Positions 17,912 to 27,268 of a DNA stretch of 64,000 bases are shown in pieces; position 1 is the first letter of the stretch; every line of letters starts with the position of its first letter. The translations under genes were made by a program, and so were the position numbers. The DNA is from Patescibacteria group bacterium (GTDB lineage Bacteria; Patescibacteriota; Patescibacteriia; UBA9934). The notes beneath the pieces were generated by a model, which was not told where the DNA came from, searched no databases, and worked only from the letters and a program-made list of their open reading frames with translations. The stretch spans positions 6,277 to 70,276 of the forward strand of contig JBAYHK010000003.1 in assembly GCA_041666145.1 (NCBI GenBank). The letters are read 5' to 3'.

Positions 17912-18532
17912 ATGGGAAAGAATTTGAGCCCAATGGGCAAAATGAGTCGTCGTGAAGGTGTTGCATTGTCAACATCAACATCAACGCTCAAGGTCATGCA
18001 GAAACGTCCATATATTCCTGGTGTGCACGGAAAAGCCGGCATGCGACCAGCGAAGGTATCAGTTTTTGGTACACAGCTTCGCGAGAAGCAAAAAACGAAG
18101 CGTTTGTATGGAATTATGGAGCGTCAGTTCCGTAATTACTTTACAAAAGCTACAGGTATGGAAGGCAACACTGGGGAAAATCTTGGTCGTTTACTTGAAA
18201 TGCGTTTGGACAATGCGGTGTTTCGTCTTGGTTTTGCAAAGACTCGCCCTCAGGCGCGCCAGATGGTCAGTCATTGCATGTTCCTTGTGAATGGAGAAAA
18301 AGTGAATATTCCATCATATTGTGTTCATGTAAATGACACGATTGAGATCAAGACAAATAAGAAGGATAAAAAGGTATTTTCAGATCTTACTGATCGCTTA
18401 AAGACACATCGAGTTCCAAGCTGGTTAAATCTTGAAGATCAGGTAGGTAAAGTTGTGAGTCTTCCAATGGGGGATGATTTGAAGGAAGCATACGATCCAA
18501 AGCTCATTATCGAGTTCTACTCGATGCGCTAA
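17912..18532 (+). CDS. rpsD: 30S ribosomal protein S4 (lacks the N-terminal Cys zinc finger)
   Basis: Motifs: SRREGVAL ... RPYIPGVHG ... YGIMERQFRNYF. The C-terminal S4 RNA-binding domain is present. Confidence 0.9.
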   Translation: MGKNLSPMGKMSRREGVALSTSTSTLKVMQKRPYIPGVHGKAGMRPAKVSVFGTQLREKQKTKRLYGIMERQFRNYFTKATGMEGNTGENLGRLLEMRLDNAVFRLGFAKTRPQARQMVSHCMFLVNGEKVNIPSYCVHVNDTIEIKTNKKDKKVFSDLTDRLKTHRVPSWLNLEDQVGKVVSLPMGDDLKEAYDPKLIIEFYSMR

Positions 18533-18557
18533 ACGCTTAGTCCCATAACTTCTCACT

Positions 18558-19307
18558 ATGGAGACCATCTTCCTTCCGTCAAAAATGCATTTTGCACCTG
18601 GTGCAATAGAGCATGAAAGCATTCTCACAATAGAGCCGCTCCATCATGGATATGGAACGACAGTAGGGAACGCGCTCCGTCGCGTCATGCTTTCTTCTTT
18701 GCCAGGGGCAGCGGTGACTGCAATGAAAATAAAGGGTGTTCAGCATGAGTTTTCAACAGTTGCTGGAGTAAAAGAAGACGTGCTTGACATCATGTTGAAC
18801 CTAAAGAAACTGCGCATGAAGGTTCATACAGAAGAGCCTGTACTTCTCAAACTTCTTGTAAACAAAGAGGGGGTAGTAACTGCTTCTTTATTTGAGAAGA
18901 ATGCAGATGTAGAGATCGCGAATTTAGATCTTGAGATTGCAACGATTACAGATCCAAAAACAACTTTGGATATGGAGATCACGGTATCTAGGGGCCGCGG
19001 ATATGTTCCAACAGAAGAGCGTGACAGTGCTCCTACGGAAATTGGAGTCATTGCAATTGACGCGATGTTTAGTCCAGTACGAAATGTCGGTTTCAGGGTT
19101 GAGAATACTCGAGTCGGTGAAATCACGAACTACGACAAGCTCATCATGAATATCACAACAGATGGTACGGTTGCCCCGCAAGAGGCAGTTGAACAATCAA
19201 CAAAAATTTTACTCAATCACTTTTCATGGATTCAAGGACAGTTGAACCATGCAAGTCTGACAGAACAGATTGCCCGTGCATCGGAGGACGCCGAGCCAAC
19301 TGCGTAA
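18558..19307 (+). CDS. rpoA: DNA-directed RNA polymerase alpha subunit, N-terminal domain only (249 aa; no alpha-CTD)
   Basis: The alpha-NTD signature is present (GYGTTVGNALRRVMLSSLPGAAVT ... IDAMFSPVRNV). The protein stops after a short linker, and rplQ starts 4 nt later. There is no room for the roughly 80-aa CTD. Confidence 0.85.
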   Translation: METIFLPSKMHFAPGAIEHESILTIEPLHHGYGTTVGNALRRVMLSSLPGAAVTAMKIKGVQHEFSTVAGVKEDVLDIMLNLKKLRMKVHTEEPVLLKLLVNKEGVVTASLFEKNADVEIANLDLEIATITDPKTTLDMEITVSRGRGYVPTEERDSAPTEIGVIAIDAMFSPVRNVGFRVENTRVGEITNYDKLIMNITTDGTVAPQEAVEQSTKILLNHFSWIQGQLNHASLTEQIARASEDAEPTA

Positions 19308-19310
19308 TGT

Positions 19311-19661
19311 ATGCGTCATAGAAATACCAAAAAAACATTAGGCCGCAAAGCTGCTCCTCGTAAGGCGCTTATTCGTGATTTAGTCACCGCAATGGTGACA
19401 TATGAACGAATTGAAGTGACAGCCGGGAAAGCAAGAGTTGCACGTCCAGTTGTTGAAAAGATGATAACGATTGCAAAAAAGAATACGCTCGCATCGCGAC
19501 GTCAACTTCTTGCATATTTCACAACAGAGCAGCCCGTGAATAAGCTTATAGATGTAATCGCTCCTCGGTTTAAGGATCGGAATGGTGGTTATACACGAAT
19601 GACAAAGCTTGGCACGCGTCAGGGTGACGCTGCTGAGACTGCGATGATTGAATTTGTCTAA
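19311..19661 (+). CDS. rplQ: 50S ribosomal protein L17
   Basis: MRHRNTKKTLGRKAAPRKALIRDLVTAMVTYERIEVT has the classic L17 start. Confidence 0.9.
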   Translation: MRHRNTKKTLGRKAAPRKALIRDLVTAMVTYERIEVTAGKARVARPVVEKMITIAKKNTLASRRQLLAYFTTEQPVNKLIDVIAPRFKDRNGGYTRMTKLGTRQGDAAETAMIEFV

Positions 19662-19662
19662 T

Positions 19663-20019
19663 ATGGCAACATTTGAAAGAAAAACTTATACCGTTGATGC
19701 GTCGGGGAAAATCCTTGGTCGTTTAGCGACGGATATTGCGATGCACCTTATGGGCAAGACTAGTGCGGCTTTTCAGCCAAATGTCGATGCCGGTGATGCT
19801 GTTGTTGTAACGAATGTGATAAAGATCAAGGTGACAGGTGGTAAGTTCGAAGAAAAGAAGTACTATTCTCATTCAGGTCATCCAGGAGGATTAAAAACAA
19901 AGACCATGCGCACAATGTGGGAAAAGAAACCATCAGATGTTTTGCGCGCAGCAGTTTCGCGAATGCTTCCAAAGAATAAGCATCGAACTGCTCGGATGCT
20001 TCGTCTCACTATTTCGTAA
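19663..20019 (+). CDS. rplM: 50S ribosomal protein L13
   Basis: It has the motifs KTYTVDASGKILGRLAT and HSGHPGG. The ATG at 19663 lies 1 nt after the rplQ stop. The ORF-track start at 19648 would overlap rplQ. Confidence 0.9.
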   Translation: MATFERKTYTVDASGKILGRLATDIAMHLMGKTSAAFQPNVDAGDAVVVTNVIKIKVTGGKFEEKKYYSHSGHPGGLKTKTMRTMWEKKPSDVLRAAVSRMLPKNKHRTARMLRLTIS

Positions 20020-20020
20020 T

Positions 20021-20413
20021 ATGGCAAACAAGTATTTTCAAGCTATTGGTCGCAGAAAGACTGCAACTGCTCAGGTCCGTCTTTCAGAAGGTTCTGGAAA
20101 AATCGTTGTAAACGGAAAGCCATTAAAGGCATTCTTTACTACAGAAGAACTCCAGGGAGTCGTTGTTCGTCCTTTGAAAGAAGTTGGAAAGACTGATCAA
20201 TTTGATGTAAGTATTAAAACTGTCGGTGGTGGAGTTGTTGGGCAAGCAGAAGCGTCACGTTTGGGAATTGCTCGAGCATTAGTGGAAATGGAAGCGGCAC
20301 TCAAGACTGTTTTGAAGACTTGTGGATTGATGACAAGAGATCCTCGAAAGAAAGAACGTAAAAAGTTCGGAAAGCGTGGAGCTCGTCGGAGCCCACAGTG
20401 GCGTAAGCGTTAA
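20021..20413 (+). CDS. rpsI: 30S ribosomal protein S9
   Basis: The ATG at 20021 gives MANKYFQAIGRRKTATAQVRL, and the protein ends ...RRSPQWRKR, a typical S9 tail. The ORF-track N-terminal extension overlaps rplM, so I rejected it. Confidence 0.9.
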   Translation: MANKYFQAIGRRKTATAQVRLSEGSGKIVVNGKPLKAFFTTEELQGVVVRPLKEVGKTDQFDVSIKTVGGGVVGQAEASRLGIARALVEMEAALKTVLKTCGLMTRDPRKKERKKFGKRGARRSPQWRKR

Positions 20414-20420
20414 TCGATTA

Positions 20421-20450
20421 AAAAAACCATCCAGACTGGATGGTTTTTTT
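20421..20450 (+). terminator. rho-independent terminator ending the ribosomal-protein operon
   Basis: AAAAAACCATCCAG-AC-TGGATGGTTTTTTT: an 8-bp stem flanked by an A-run and a T-run, so it can terminate in both directions. Confidence 0.8.
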
Positions 20451-20457
20451 CTTCACC

Positions 20458-20715
20458 TTATTTCTTGTCCGATGAAGTCAGAAGATAGATTCCTATTGGC
20501 ATACCAATCAGCACGCCTATGACTCCGATGATTCCTAAAAGCCCAAGAAGTGTTTGAATGATCCCTCCAGTTATCGTGAAAGGTGCAGAAGCCTCAGCGG
20601 AAGCGCTAATCATGCTCGAAATCACGAAACTCGAGATTCCATAAAGAGAAAGAGTAGCAAAGATTAAAGGAATCGGAGTTATGAGGAGAATAAGACCAAA
20701 TGTTTTTCTTTTCAT
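20458..20715 (-). CDS. small two-TM membrane protein (hypothetical), paralogous to the N-terminal domain of the 298-aa protein at 21468-22364
   Basis: At 85 aa, it is KTFGLILLITPIPLIFATL ... GLLGIIGVIGVLIGMPIGIYLL. This aligns over about 75 residues with the N-terminus of the downstream DUF4328-like protein (KTIFGWLLITVPVPLIVATL ... GALGIIGILGVFIGIPVGIFLL). Confidence 0.5.
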   Translation of the reverse strand: MKRKTFGLILLITPIPLIFATLSLYGISSFVISSMISASAEASAPFTITGGIIQTLLGLLGIIGVIGVLIGMPIGIYLLTSSDKK

Positions 20716-20819
20716 ATTGAGAAAGTATAGGGTATCAAACCGGCTTTTGACACATCTAGATAAAGAGCGTTTTGCGACACTTGGAGAAAGAATATATAAT
20801 ACAAAAATAACCCTCCTTT

Positions 20820-21458
20820 ATGGCGCTTGAAGCAACGCATGTGCGGTTCGCGCTGGACTTGTTGCCATGTCTTCACGTTTCAGATATTGAGTCCTATTGT
20901 GCCGGGGCGGTTTATCCAGATACAAGAATCGCGACAGGACTTCCCAGAGAAATGACACACGGGCCTCGATGTCCGCACGATCCTTCTGCGGAAGGATTTA
21001 GTGATTTTCAAAAAGGATGGGCGGCACATCTTTTGTATGACGAAATTGCCGGAGATGAGTTGAGAAAACTTCTTTCTGAAGAATTTGATCGAACAATAAG
21101 AGAAAGGAAGTCTTTTATAGAATTTACTTCAATGAAAGCCGTGGAAGACATACAGTCGGTAAATCTTGTCCCGAATGTTCTTGATCATCTCCAGCGTCTG
21201 GCCATAGACCGGGCACCTTTAGGAGAATCTTTAGAACGAATTTATTATCACTTTTCTGTTACAAGAAAACTTTACGAAAATATTCCGTCTCATGAGAGCT
21301 ATCGTCAGTGGTATCTTGATGTTGGTGTAGCGCAAGAAGTTGCCGATGGACTTTTTCAGCGAACACAACAGATGGTCAAGGATCAGGAGCTAGATTCTGC
21401 GATCAGGGCAATATACGGACAGACATTAGAAAAAGTAAAAAAATCCCTAGCTATCTAG
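20820..21458 (+). CDS. hypothetical cytoplasmic protein with His/Asp-rich motifs (possible metal-dependent hydrolase fold)
   Basis: It is 212 aa, with motifs ATHVRFALD, HGPRCPHDP and WAAHLLYDE. I see no clear family assignment from the sequence alone. Confidence 0.35.
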   Translation: MALEATHVRFALDLLPCLHVSDIESYCAGAVYPDTRIATGLPREMTHGPRCPHDPSAEGFSDFQKGWAAHLLYDEIAGDELRKLLSEEFDRTIRERKSFIEFTSMKAVEDIQSVNLVPNVLDHLQRLAIDRAPLGESLERIYYHFSVTRKLYENIPSHESYRQWYLDVGVAQEVADGLFQRTQQMVKDQELDSAIRAIYGQTLEKVKKSLAI

Positions 21459-21467
21459 GGATTTTTT

Positions 21468-22364
21468 TTACGGACGATAGTCACGGAATGCGTGTTCTTG
21501 TTTGGATGTAATGTCTAGAACAATGAAGATAAGGGCGGCTGCGGAAAGAATAAGGCTTATATTCCATACAAGTTGAAAACTAATTCGCCATAGCTCGAGA
21601 ATAACAACTTCATTGACTCTTTGATTCGGAACTATCGCAACTACGATTTGTGCCATGAGAAACGATGCCCACCAAAAGAGAAGAAAACGAGAAGCCGTAT
21701 TAGCCCTATGTACAGTTGCTAATTCTTTCATTGTTTTATACGGCATTACGAAGTTTGCAATCGGCACAAAATATCCGGCGACTGCCCAATGATGCGAATA
21801 CCGTATAGATGGGGTATTGATTGTCGCATTTCTATACGCAAGATACTTCCAGCGGAGTAACGAAATGGCACTGATAAGGAAGAGAACAAGAACAATCGGT
21901 TCAATGATGTCTAAACGAAATGTCGATGAAAATTCAGGAAGTGCCGATTGGAGATTCAGTGTTCTAAGATATCCAAGGATTGCGCCCTGGCGAAATACGT
22001 CAATACTTGCCGCAAGAGAAAAAGCGATCAAGCTTCCAACCGTAACCTTTGCGAGCGCTGCGGCAGATCGATATTCCTGTGTCATTGGAGATGAGATTTC
22101 AGAAGCGTCGAGATCAAGAGGAGCTCTAGAAATAAGAAGAAAAATGCCGACTGGAATTCCAATAAAGACTCCAAGAATTCCAATAATTCCTAAGGCTCCC
22201 ATGAGAATTTGGATGGAAAGCGTAATCGTCGAAGGCTCTGCGTCGTTTATCGATGCGGCAGCAGAAAACGCGTAGATCGCATAACATGCCAGTGTTGCCA
22301 CAATGAGCGGCACTGGAACGGTGATGAGTAGCCAGCCAAAGATAGTTTTCTTTCGGTCATTCAT
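21468..22364 (-). CDS. polytopic membrane protein with a DUF4328-like C-terminal domain
   Basis: It has multiple TM helices. The conserved segment YSHHWAVAGYFVPIANFVMPYKTMKEL resembles the DUF4328 signature (W..AGYFVP..N...P...M.E). Its N-terminal 80 aa duplicate the small protein at 20458-20715. Confidence 0.5.
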   Translation of the reverse strand: MNDRKKTIFGWLLITVPVPLIVATLACYAIYAFSAAASINDAEPSTITLSIQILMGALGIIGILGVFIGIPVGIFLLISRAPLDLDASEISSPMTQEYRSAAALAKVTVGSLIAFSLAASIDVFRQGAILGYLRTLNLQSALPEFSSTFRLDIIEPIVLVLFLISAISLLRWKYLAYRNATINTPSIRYSHHWAVAGYFVPIANFVMPYKTMKELATVHRANTASRFLLFWWASFLMAQIVVAIVPNQRVNEVVILELWRISFQLVWNISLILSAAALIFIVLDITSKQEHAFRDYRP

Positions 22365-22468
22365 AAGAAAGTTTAACGAAGAAATATAGCAGAAATTAGC
22401 GAAAAAATCAAATTTTCTCGGCGTGTTCCTTCCTTGTTACAAGCAAAGAATTCCCGTAAAATACACTC

Positions 22469-23956
22469 ATGGCTTCTTTGGTAAAAAACACTTTTCTCCT
22501 CACTGGAGCGTCTATTTTGCAAAAAGCAGTTGCTTTTATTTACTTTGCCGCCATCGCTCGAACCATCGGCACTTCAGATACCGGGTCATATTTTTTGGCC
22601 TTGGCACTGGTAACAACGGTGGGGGTTTTTACTGACGTTGGAGTAAATTCCGTGCTCATTCGAGACAGTGCGCGTTCCCAAGAGCACACGAAGGGATTTC
22701 TTCAAAGAGCCTTGGGAATCAAGCTTATTGCAGCGCTTCTTGCCATTGTCTTGGCGACTTTTCTTCCAACGATTCTTGGCTACGATGCAGATACTTCTTT
22801 TCTTGTTCGACTCGCAATTCCAATCATGATTGCAGATTCTTTGTCGCTAACAATGTACGGCGCATTACGTGGCGCTCAAGAGCTTCGATATGAGTCTCTG
22901 GGAATTTTTATCGGCCAATCACTCACAACGATTGTTGGCGTAGTAGCACTTCTTAAGGGGAATGTTTCTCTATCCTTTCTTGTTATCGCACTCCTCATTG
23001 GTAGCGCGTGGAATGCGGCATTTTCCGCGTATCATGTTGGCCGACGAATTGGTTTCCGTTCGTTCATTCCTCGATTCGATGGGGCTCGAGATATGCTGTT
23101 CGCCGCATTTCCATTTTTTCTTGCCGCGGTATTCGTAAAGATTTACTCATTTGTTGATTCGTTCACACTTCAAATGGTCATCGGAGCTTCCGCGGTTGGA
23201 CTGTATAGCGTTGCGTATAAGCTAACGTACGCTTTTCAATTTTTACCGCTTGCATTCATTGGTGCGCTGTATCCAAAAATGGCGTCACTTGTTGGTAAGC
23301 CTGATGATTTGAAAAAGGTGTTTTTAGAATCACAATGGTATTTAGCATTTCTTGTTTCACCAATAGTTTTTGGAATATTCGCTCTTGCTCCAGAGATTAT
23401 TCGACTTGCATACGGAAGTGATTACGGAGATTCTGTGCTCCCGCTTTCTGTGCTGATTTTTGTGCTCATTCCGATATTTTTCGATTTCCCAATCGGTTCG
23501 TTGCTGAATGCAACTGGAAGACAGAAAACAAAAACTGCGATTATGGGAGTCACCATGGTGGTGAATTTTATTGCGAACATGACATTCATTCGTTCATACG
23601 GAATTGTTGGCGCATCGATTGCTGCATGTATAAGTTTTGTTGTTATGTTTGGCCTTGGGGCAGTAGCGATAAAAAAAGAGATCGCGATTACTGTACGTGA
23701 TTGGATTCGTGCAACAGGAGGATTTTTATTAGCCGGTGCTGTTATGTCGACATCAATTCTTTTACTGAAGCAGTTCATTCCTATCGGCGACGATGGAGCA
23801 TCCAGATACATCTGGCTTGCACTTATTCCATTCGGTGCATGCATATTCGGAATAGTTTCCGTTGCTACAAAGGCCTTAACTCTTGAACACTTTCGAAAAG
23901 TTCGATCATATTTCCGCAAACAAACCTATGGAGCGATACCTGTTGTCAACGAGTGA
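22469..23956 (+). CDS. polysaccharide/O-unit flippase (Wzx, MOP superfamily)
   Basis: It is a 495-aa protein with about 12-14 TMs, and it begins MASLVKNTFLLTGASILQKAVAFIYFAAIARTIG, typical of Wzx-type polysaccharide-biosynthesis proteins. The upstream ORF-track extension at 22423 is a separate spurious frame. Confidence 0.75.
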   Translation: MASLVKNTFLLTGASILQKAVAFIYFAAIARTIGTSDTGSYFLALALVTTVGVFTDVGVNSVLIRDSARSQEHTKGFLQRALGIKLIAALLAIVLATFLPTILGYDADTSFLVRLAIPIMIADSLSLTMYGALRGAQELRYESLGIFIGQSLTTIVGVVALLKGNVSLSFLVIALLIGSAWNAAFSAYHVGRRIGFRSFIPRFDGARDMLFAAFPFFLAAVFVKIYSFVDSFTLQMVIGASAVGLYSVAYKLTYAFQFLPLAFIGALYPKMASLVGKPDDLKKVFLESQWYLAFLVSPIVFGIFALAPEIIRLAYGSDYGDSVLPLSVLIFVLIPIFFDFPIGSLLNATGRQKTKTAIMGVTMVVNFIANMTFIRSYGIVGASIAACISFVVMFGLGAVAIKKEIAITVRDWIRATGGFLLAGAVMSTSILLLKQFIPIGDDGASRYIWLALIPFGACIFGIVSVATKALTLEHFRKVRSYFRKQTYGAIPVVNE

Positions 23957-25658
23957 TTTTCCACCAAAGCGCGGCGGTGTTGCACGAATGCTGTCAACAA
24001 TTGTTGCGTATGTTTCGAATATGCGCCCACTTGTTCTTTCTGAAACTGCTTCATATCGATCAATGCTCCAAATGTTCTGGGATCGTAGACGGATTTTTGA
24101 TGTGTTGTTTGTCAGTCATGTTCTTCCTATTGGTACTGCTGCGATGATGTACAGGTTGTTTACTGGAACGTCATACGACGTCTTGCTCCATGGAATGGAC
24201 TTTGATCTTGCTCGATCGAAAAAAAGAAAGGCGGTTATTTTGTGGTTTGTTCTGCGACTCGCTCGCCGAGTTTTCGCGAATTCAAAAGCGCTAGCGAATG
24301 AACTCGAATCCTTTTCTTTTCGATCTTGCGAAGTGCTTTATCCATGCGTCGCGAATGAGCTTATCGAAGCTGCTGGTCTTATTGGAGAACGATCCGGCAT
24401 TGGAACGAGACTTCTCACAGTTGCTCGACTGGTGGAACGAAAAGGGCATGAAAAGGTGCTCAAAGCGATGAAGGAATTGCCAGATGTTACATACACGATC
24501 GTTGGCGACGGTCCGATGAAGAAATTGCTCGAAGATGCCGCGGAACGTTATGGCGTTAAAGATCGAGTAACATTTTTACAACACGTTCCAGACGGAAAGC
24601 TTGCTGAACTTTATGCATCACACGACATCTTTGTGATGCCTACAACTAGAACAAAAATCGACCGCGAAGGATTTGGGATTGTCTATCTCGAGGCTGGAGT
24701 ATTTGGCCTTCCAGTTGTCGCCACAAAGCTTCCAGGAGTCGATGAAGCGGTTGTTGATGGTGAAACTGGAATACTCATAGAGGACACTCACGAGGCGCTT
24801 GTTGATGCGCTAAAGCGATTAACAACAGATTCGGAACTTCGATCACGGCTTGGACGATCTGGCAGAGAGAGAGTTCTCAAGAATTTCACTGCAGAAAAAA
24901 CATATGCATCACTCTCTTTGGACGCCCTGTCGAATTCGGCATCAAAAATGCCGCATATTTCTATTGTGATTCCGACGTATCAGCATGCAAGACCGTTAAG
25001 AGCATGTATTGATTCTGCGCTTCGTCAAACATATCCAAACATTGAAATTATTGTTGTTGACGATGGATCGACGGACAATACACAAGAGGTTCTTCGAACG
25101 TTTGGGAAAAAAATAACGGTTCTTCATCAAGAAAACAAAGGTGGTAATGCGGCGCGAAATCGTGGACTTACGATTTCGAAAGGGGAGTACGTTATTTTTG
25201 TCGACGCAGACATTGTGATGCGGCCAGACATGATAGATCTGATGTTTGCAACGCTTCAATCGAATCCGAAGTCGAGCTATGCGTACAGTGGATTTCGTTT
25301 CGGATGGAAACGATTTCACGGCGTTCCTTTCGATGGTGAAAAACTTCGAAAGATAAATTACATCATGACCACTTCGCTTGTTCGCAAGGCGGATTTCCCT
25401 GGGTTCGATGCTTCATTGCGGCGTCTTCAAGATTGGGATGTTTGGTTGACGATGCTCGAGCAAGGAAAGACCGGCGTTCTTGTTCCTGGAATTCTGTTCT
25501 CTGTGGTGATTGATGGTGAATCGCGTACAGGATCTTCTTGGCTACCTTCATTCGTTTATTCATTGCACTGGCCGATTCTTGGGTGGATTCCAAAGCGGGT
25601 TCGGAAGTATTACGAGGCTCGATCGGTAATAGCAAACAAACATAATCTCCCATTATGA
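23928..25658 (+). CDS. bifunctional glycosyltransferase: N-terminal GT4 (GT-B, EX7E) fused to a C-terminal GT2 (GT-A)
   Basis: The GT4 half has FPPKRGG at its N-terminus and the donor-binding E-x7-E region (GFGIVYLEAGVFGLPVVAT). The GT2 half starts ISIVIPTYQHARPL ... IIVVDDGSTDNT ... VDADI. The ORF-track start at 23883 is a TTG. The ATG at 23928 overlaps the wzx end by 29 nt. The stop overlaps the next start (ATGATG). Confidence 0.75.
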   Translation: MERYLLSTSDFPPKRGGVARMLSTIVAYVSNMRPLVLSETASYRSMLQMFWDRRRIFDVLFVSHVLPIGTAAMMYRLFTGTSYDVLLHGMDFDLARSKKRKAVILWFVLRLARRVFANSKALANELESFSFRSCEVLYPCVANELIEAAGLIGERSGIGTRLLTVARLVERKGHEKVLKAMKELPDVTYTIVGDGPMKKLLEDAAERYGVKDRVTFLQHVPDGKLAELYASHDIFVMPTTRTKIDREGFGIVYLEAGVFGLPVVATKLPGVDEAVVDGETGILIEDTHEALVDALKRLTTDSELRSRLGRSGRERVLKNFTAEKTYASLSLDALSNSASKMPHISIVIPTYQHARPLRACIDSALRQTYPNIEIIVVDDGSTDNTQEVLRTFGKKITVLHQENKGGNAARNRGLTISKGEYVIFVDADIVMRPDMIDLMFATLQSNPKSSYAYSGFRFGWKRFHGVPFDGEKLRKINYIMTTSLVRKADFPGFDASLRRLQDWDVWLTMLEQGKTGVLVPGILFSVVIDGESRTGSSWLPSFVYSLHWPILGWIPKRVRKYYEARSVIANKHNLPL

Positions 25659-27241
25659 TGTCAACAATAAAACAGTGGTTTGATCGCAGCACACTGTATG
25701 GACTTCTCAGTCTTCTTATTGTTCACGGTATTGCCTGGATAACCCAACACACAATCTGGAGCGCGATTCCTTTTGCAATCCTCATTATTGGAACCTTCTT
25801 TGTTACAAAACGATCGCTAGTCTGGGGATTTGCTCTTGTCATGCTAGAGATCATCATTGGTGGTCATGGACATTTGATCGACGTCTCACTTGGCGGAGCA
25901 ACGATTGGTTTGCGACTTGGGATGTTCTGCGCTGTTATGCTCGGCGTGGCGTATCACATTTTCTTCAAGAAAGTTCGACCAACGTTTGTGTTTGAACGTG
26001 ACATGCCAATCATCGCGATTCTTATTGCTGTCATTATCGGCTTCATCATCGGCATATTCCGTAATCCGTTCGGTGACGCATTCGACGACGCAAACGCTTT
26101 TGTTACTCTCGGCTATCTTCTTCCAGTCGCCATGATTGTTTGGACCAACGAAGCGAAAAGAATTATTCTTTGGACATTTGCACTTGGCGCAACTTGGATA
26201 GCCATTTCTTCCGTTGCCCTTCTTTATCTCTTCTCTCATCTTTCCGTTGACGGCATTTGGGCGCTTTATCATTTTGTTCGCGATGCACGACTAGCAGAAG
26301 TCACACTTCTTTCTGGGCCAGCATGGCTCGTGGCAATGCTTCCAAATGGCCCATGGTTCTTTCGTGTATTCGAACCCGCACAAGCGTTCGTAATGTTTTT
26401 CACTTTAGTGCTTTGTAGCATGATGTGTTTTATAACAAAAACATGGAGGTCTCGAGTAATGATTGCAATTCCGCTTGTGCTCATGTTCGCTGTCGACATC
26501 AGCAGCCAATCTCGAAGTTTCTGGATCGGTTTGTTTGTTGGTGGATTGGCACTTTCGATGGTGGTGCTTTATGAACGAATTTCTTTCCGCGAAATTCTTC
26601 GAATGAAAATTGTCGGATCGACTGCGTCGCTTATTGCGCTACTTGCGATCTGGGTTGCGGTAGTGATTCCAATTCCACAACGACCAGACTTAACAAACAC
26701 AAAATATTATCGTGGCCAAGATGACGACACTCGCGAGCTTGCTGTTTCAAGCCGCTGGAATTTGCTTGGGCCAATGATGGATCAAATCGAACAGTCGCCA
26801 GTATGGGGAAGTGGATTCGGAACGTCGGTAACATTCATTTCAGACGATCCTCGACTTCGCGAAATAAATCCAAATGGCGAATGGACAACGTATCGTTTCG
26901 AATGGGGATTCCACGATATCTGGATCAAAATGGGCATTCCTGGCTTGCTCGCCTTCGGTTGGTTCTTCTTCACAATTCTCAAGGCAACTATTCGATCGAT
27001 TCGAGAAAAAGAAGAGACTCGCTGGCTTACCGTTTCTCTTTGCGCCGGCATCATCGCCCTCTTTGCCTCTCACGCCTTCTCCCCCTATCTCAATCACCCA
27101 ATAGGTCTAGGCTTCATGATCATGGTTCTCCCATTCTTCTCCTGGCAAAAGAAACCAATCCCCAGCATGGCCAACGTTCTCCACGTCGCCGAAAAAGTCG
27201 CTCTTCCTCCCGTACGAAAAGCCGTGACGGTTCGAGAATAG
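25655..27241 (+). CDS. O-antigen ligase/polymerase-like membrane protein (Wzy_C/WaaL family)
   Basis: It has about 12 TMs and a large periplasmic loop (WNLLGPMMDQIEQSPVWGSGFG ... HDIWIKMGIPGLLAF). That is typical of the O-antigen ligase domain. Confidence 0.65.
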   Translation: MMSTIKQWFDRSTLYGLLSLLIVHGIAWITQHTIWSAIPFAILIIGTFFVTKRSLVWGFALVMLEIIIGGHGHLIDVSLGGATIGLRLGMFCAVMLGVAYHIFFKKVRPTFVFERDMPIIAILIAVIIGFIIGIFRNPFGDAFDDANAFVTLGYLLPVAMIVWTNEAKRIILWTFALGATWIAISSVALLYLFSHLSVDGIWALYHFVRDARLAEVTLLSGPAWLVAMLPNGPWFFRVFEPAQAFVMFFTLVLCSMMCFITKTWRSRVMIAIPLVLMFAVDISSQSRSFWIGLFVGGLALSMVVLYERISFREILRMKIVGSTASLIALLAIWVAVVIPIPQRPDLTNTKYYRGQDDDTRELAVSSRWNLLGPMMDQIEQSPVWGSGFGTSVTFISDDPRLREINPNGEWTTYRFEWGFHDIWIKMGIPGLLAFGWFFFTILKATIRSIREKEETRWLTVSLCAGIIALFASHAFSPYLNHPIGLGFMIMVLPFFSWQKKPIPSMANVLHVAEKVALPPVRKAVTVRE

Positions 27242-27268
27242 GGAACATCATCATCAATTTCCCAAAAC

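Noticed and set aside
20820-21458. Assigning the 212-aa His/Asp protein to the zinc-dependent phospholipase C family
   Set aside because: The resemblance rests only on short H/D clusters. It has no signal peptide and no convincing motif spacing, so I left it as hypothetical.
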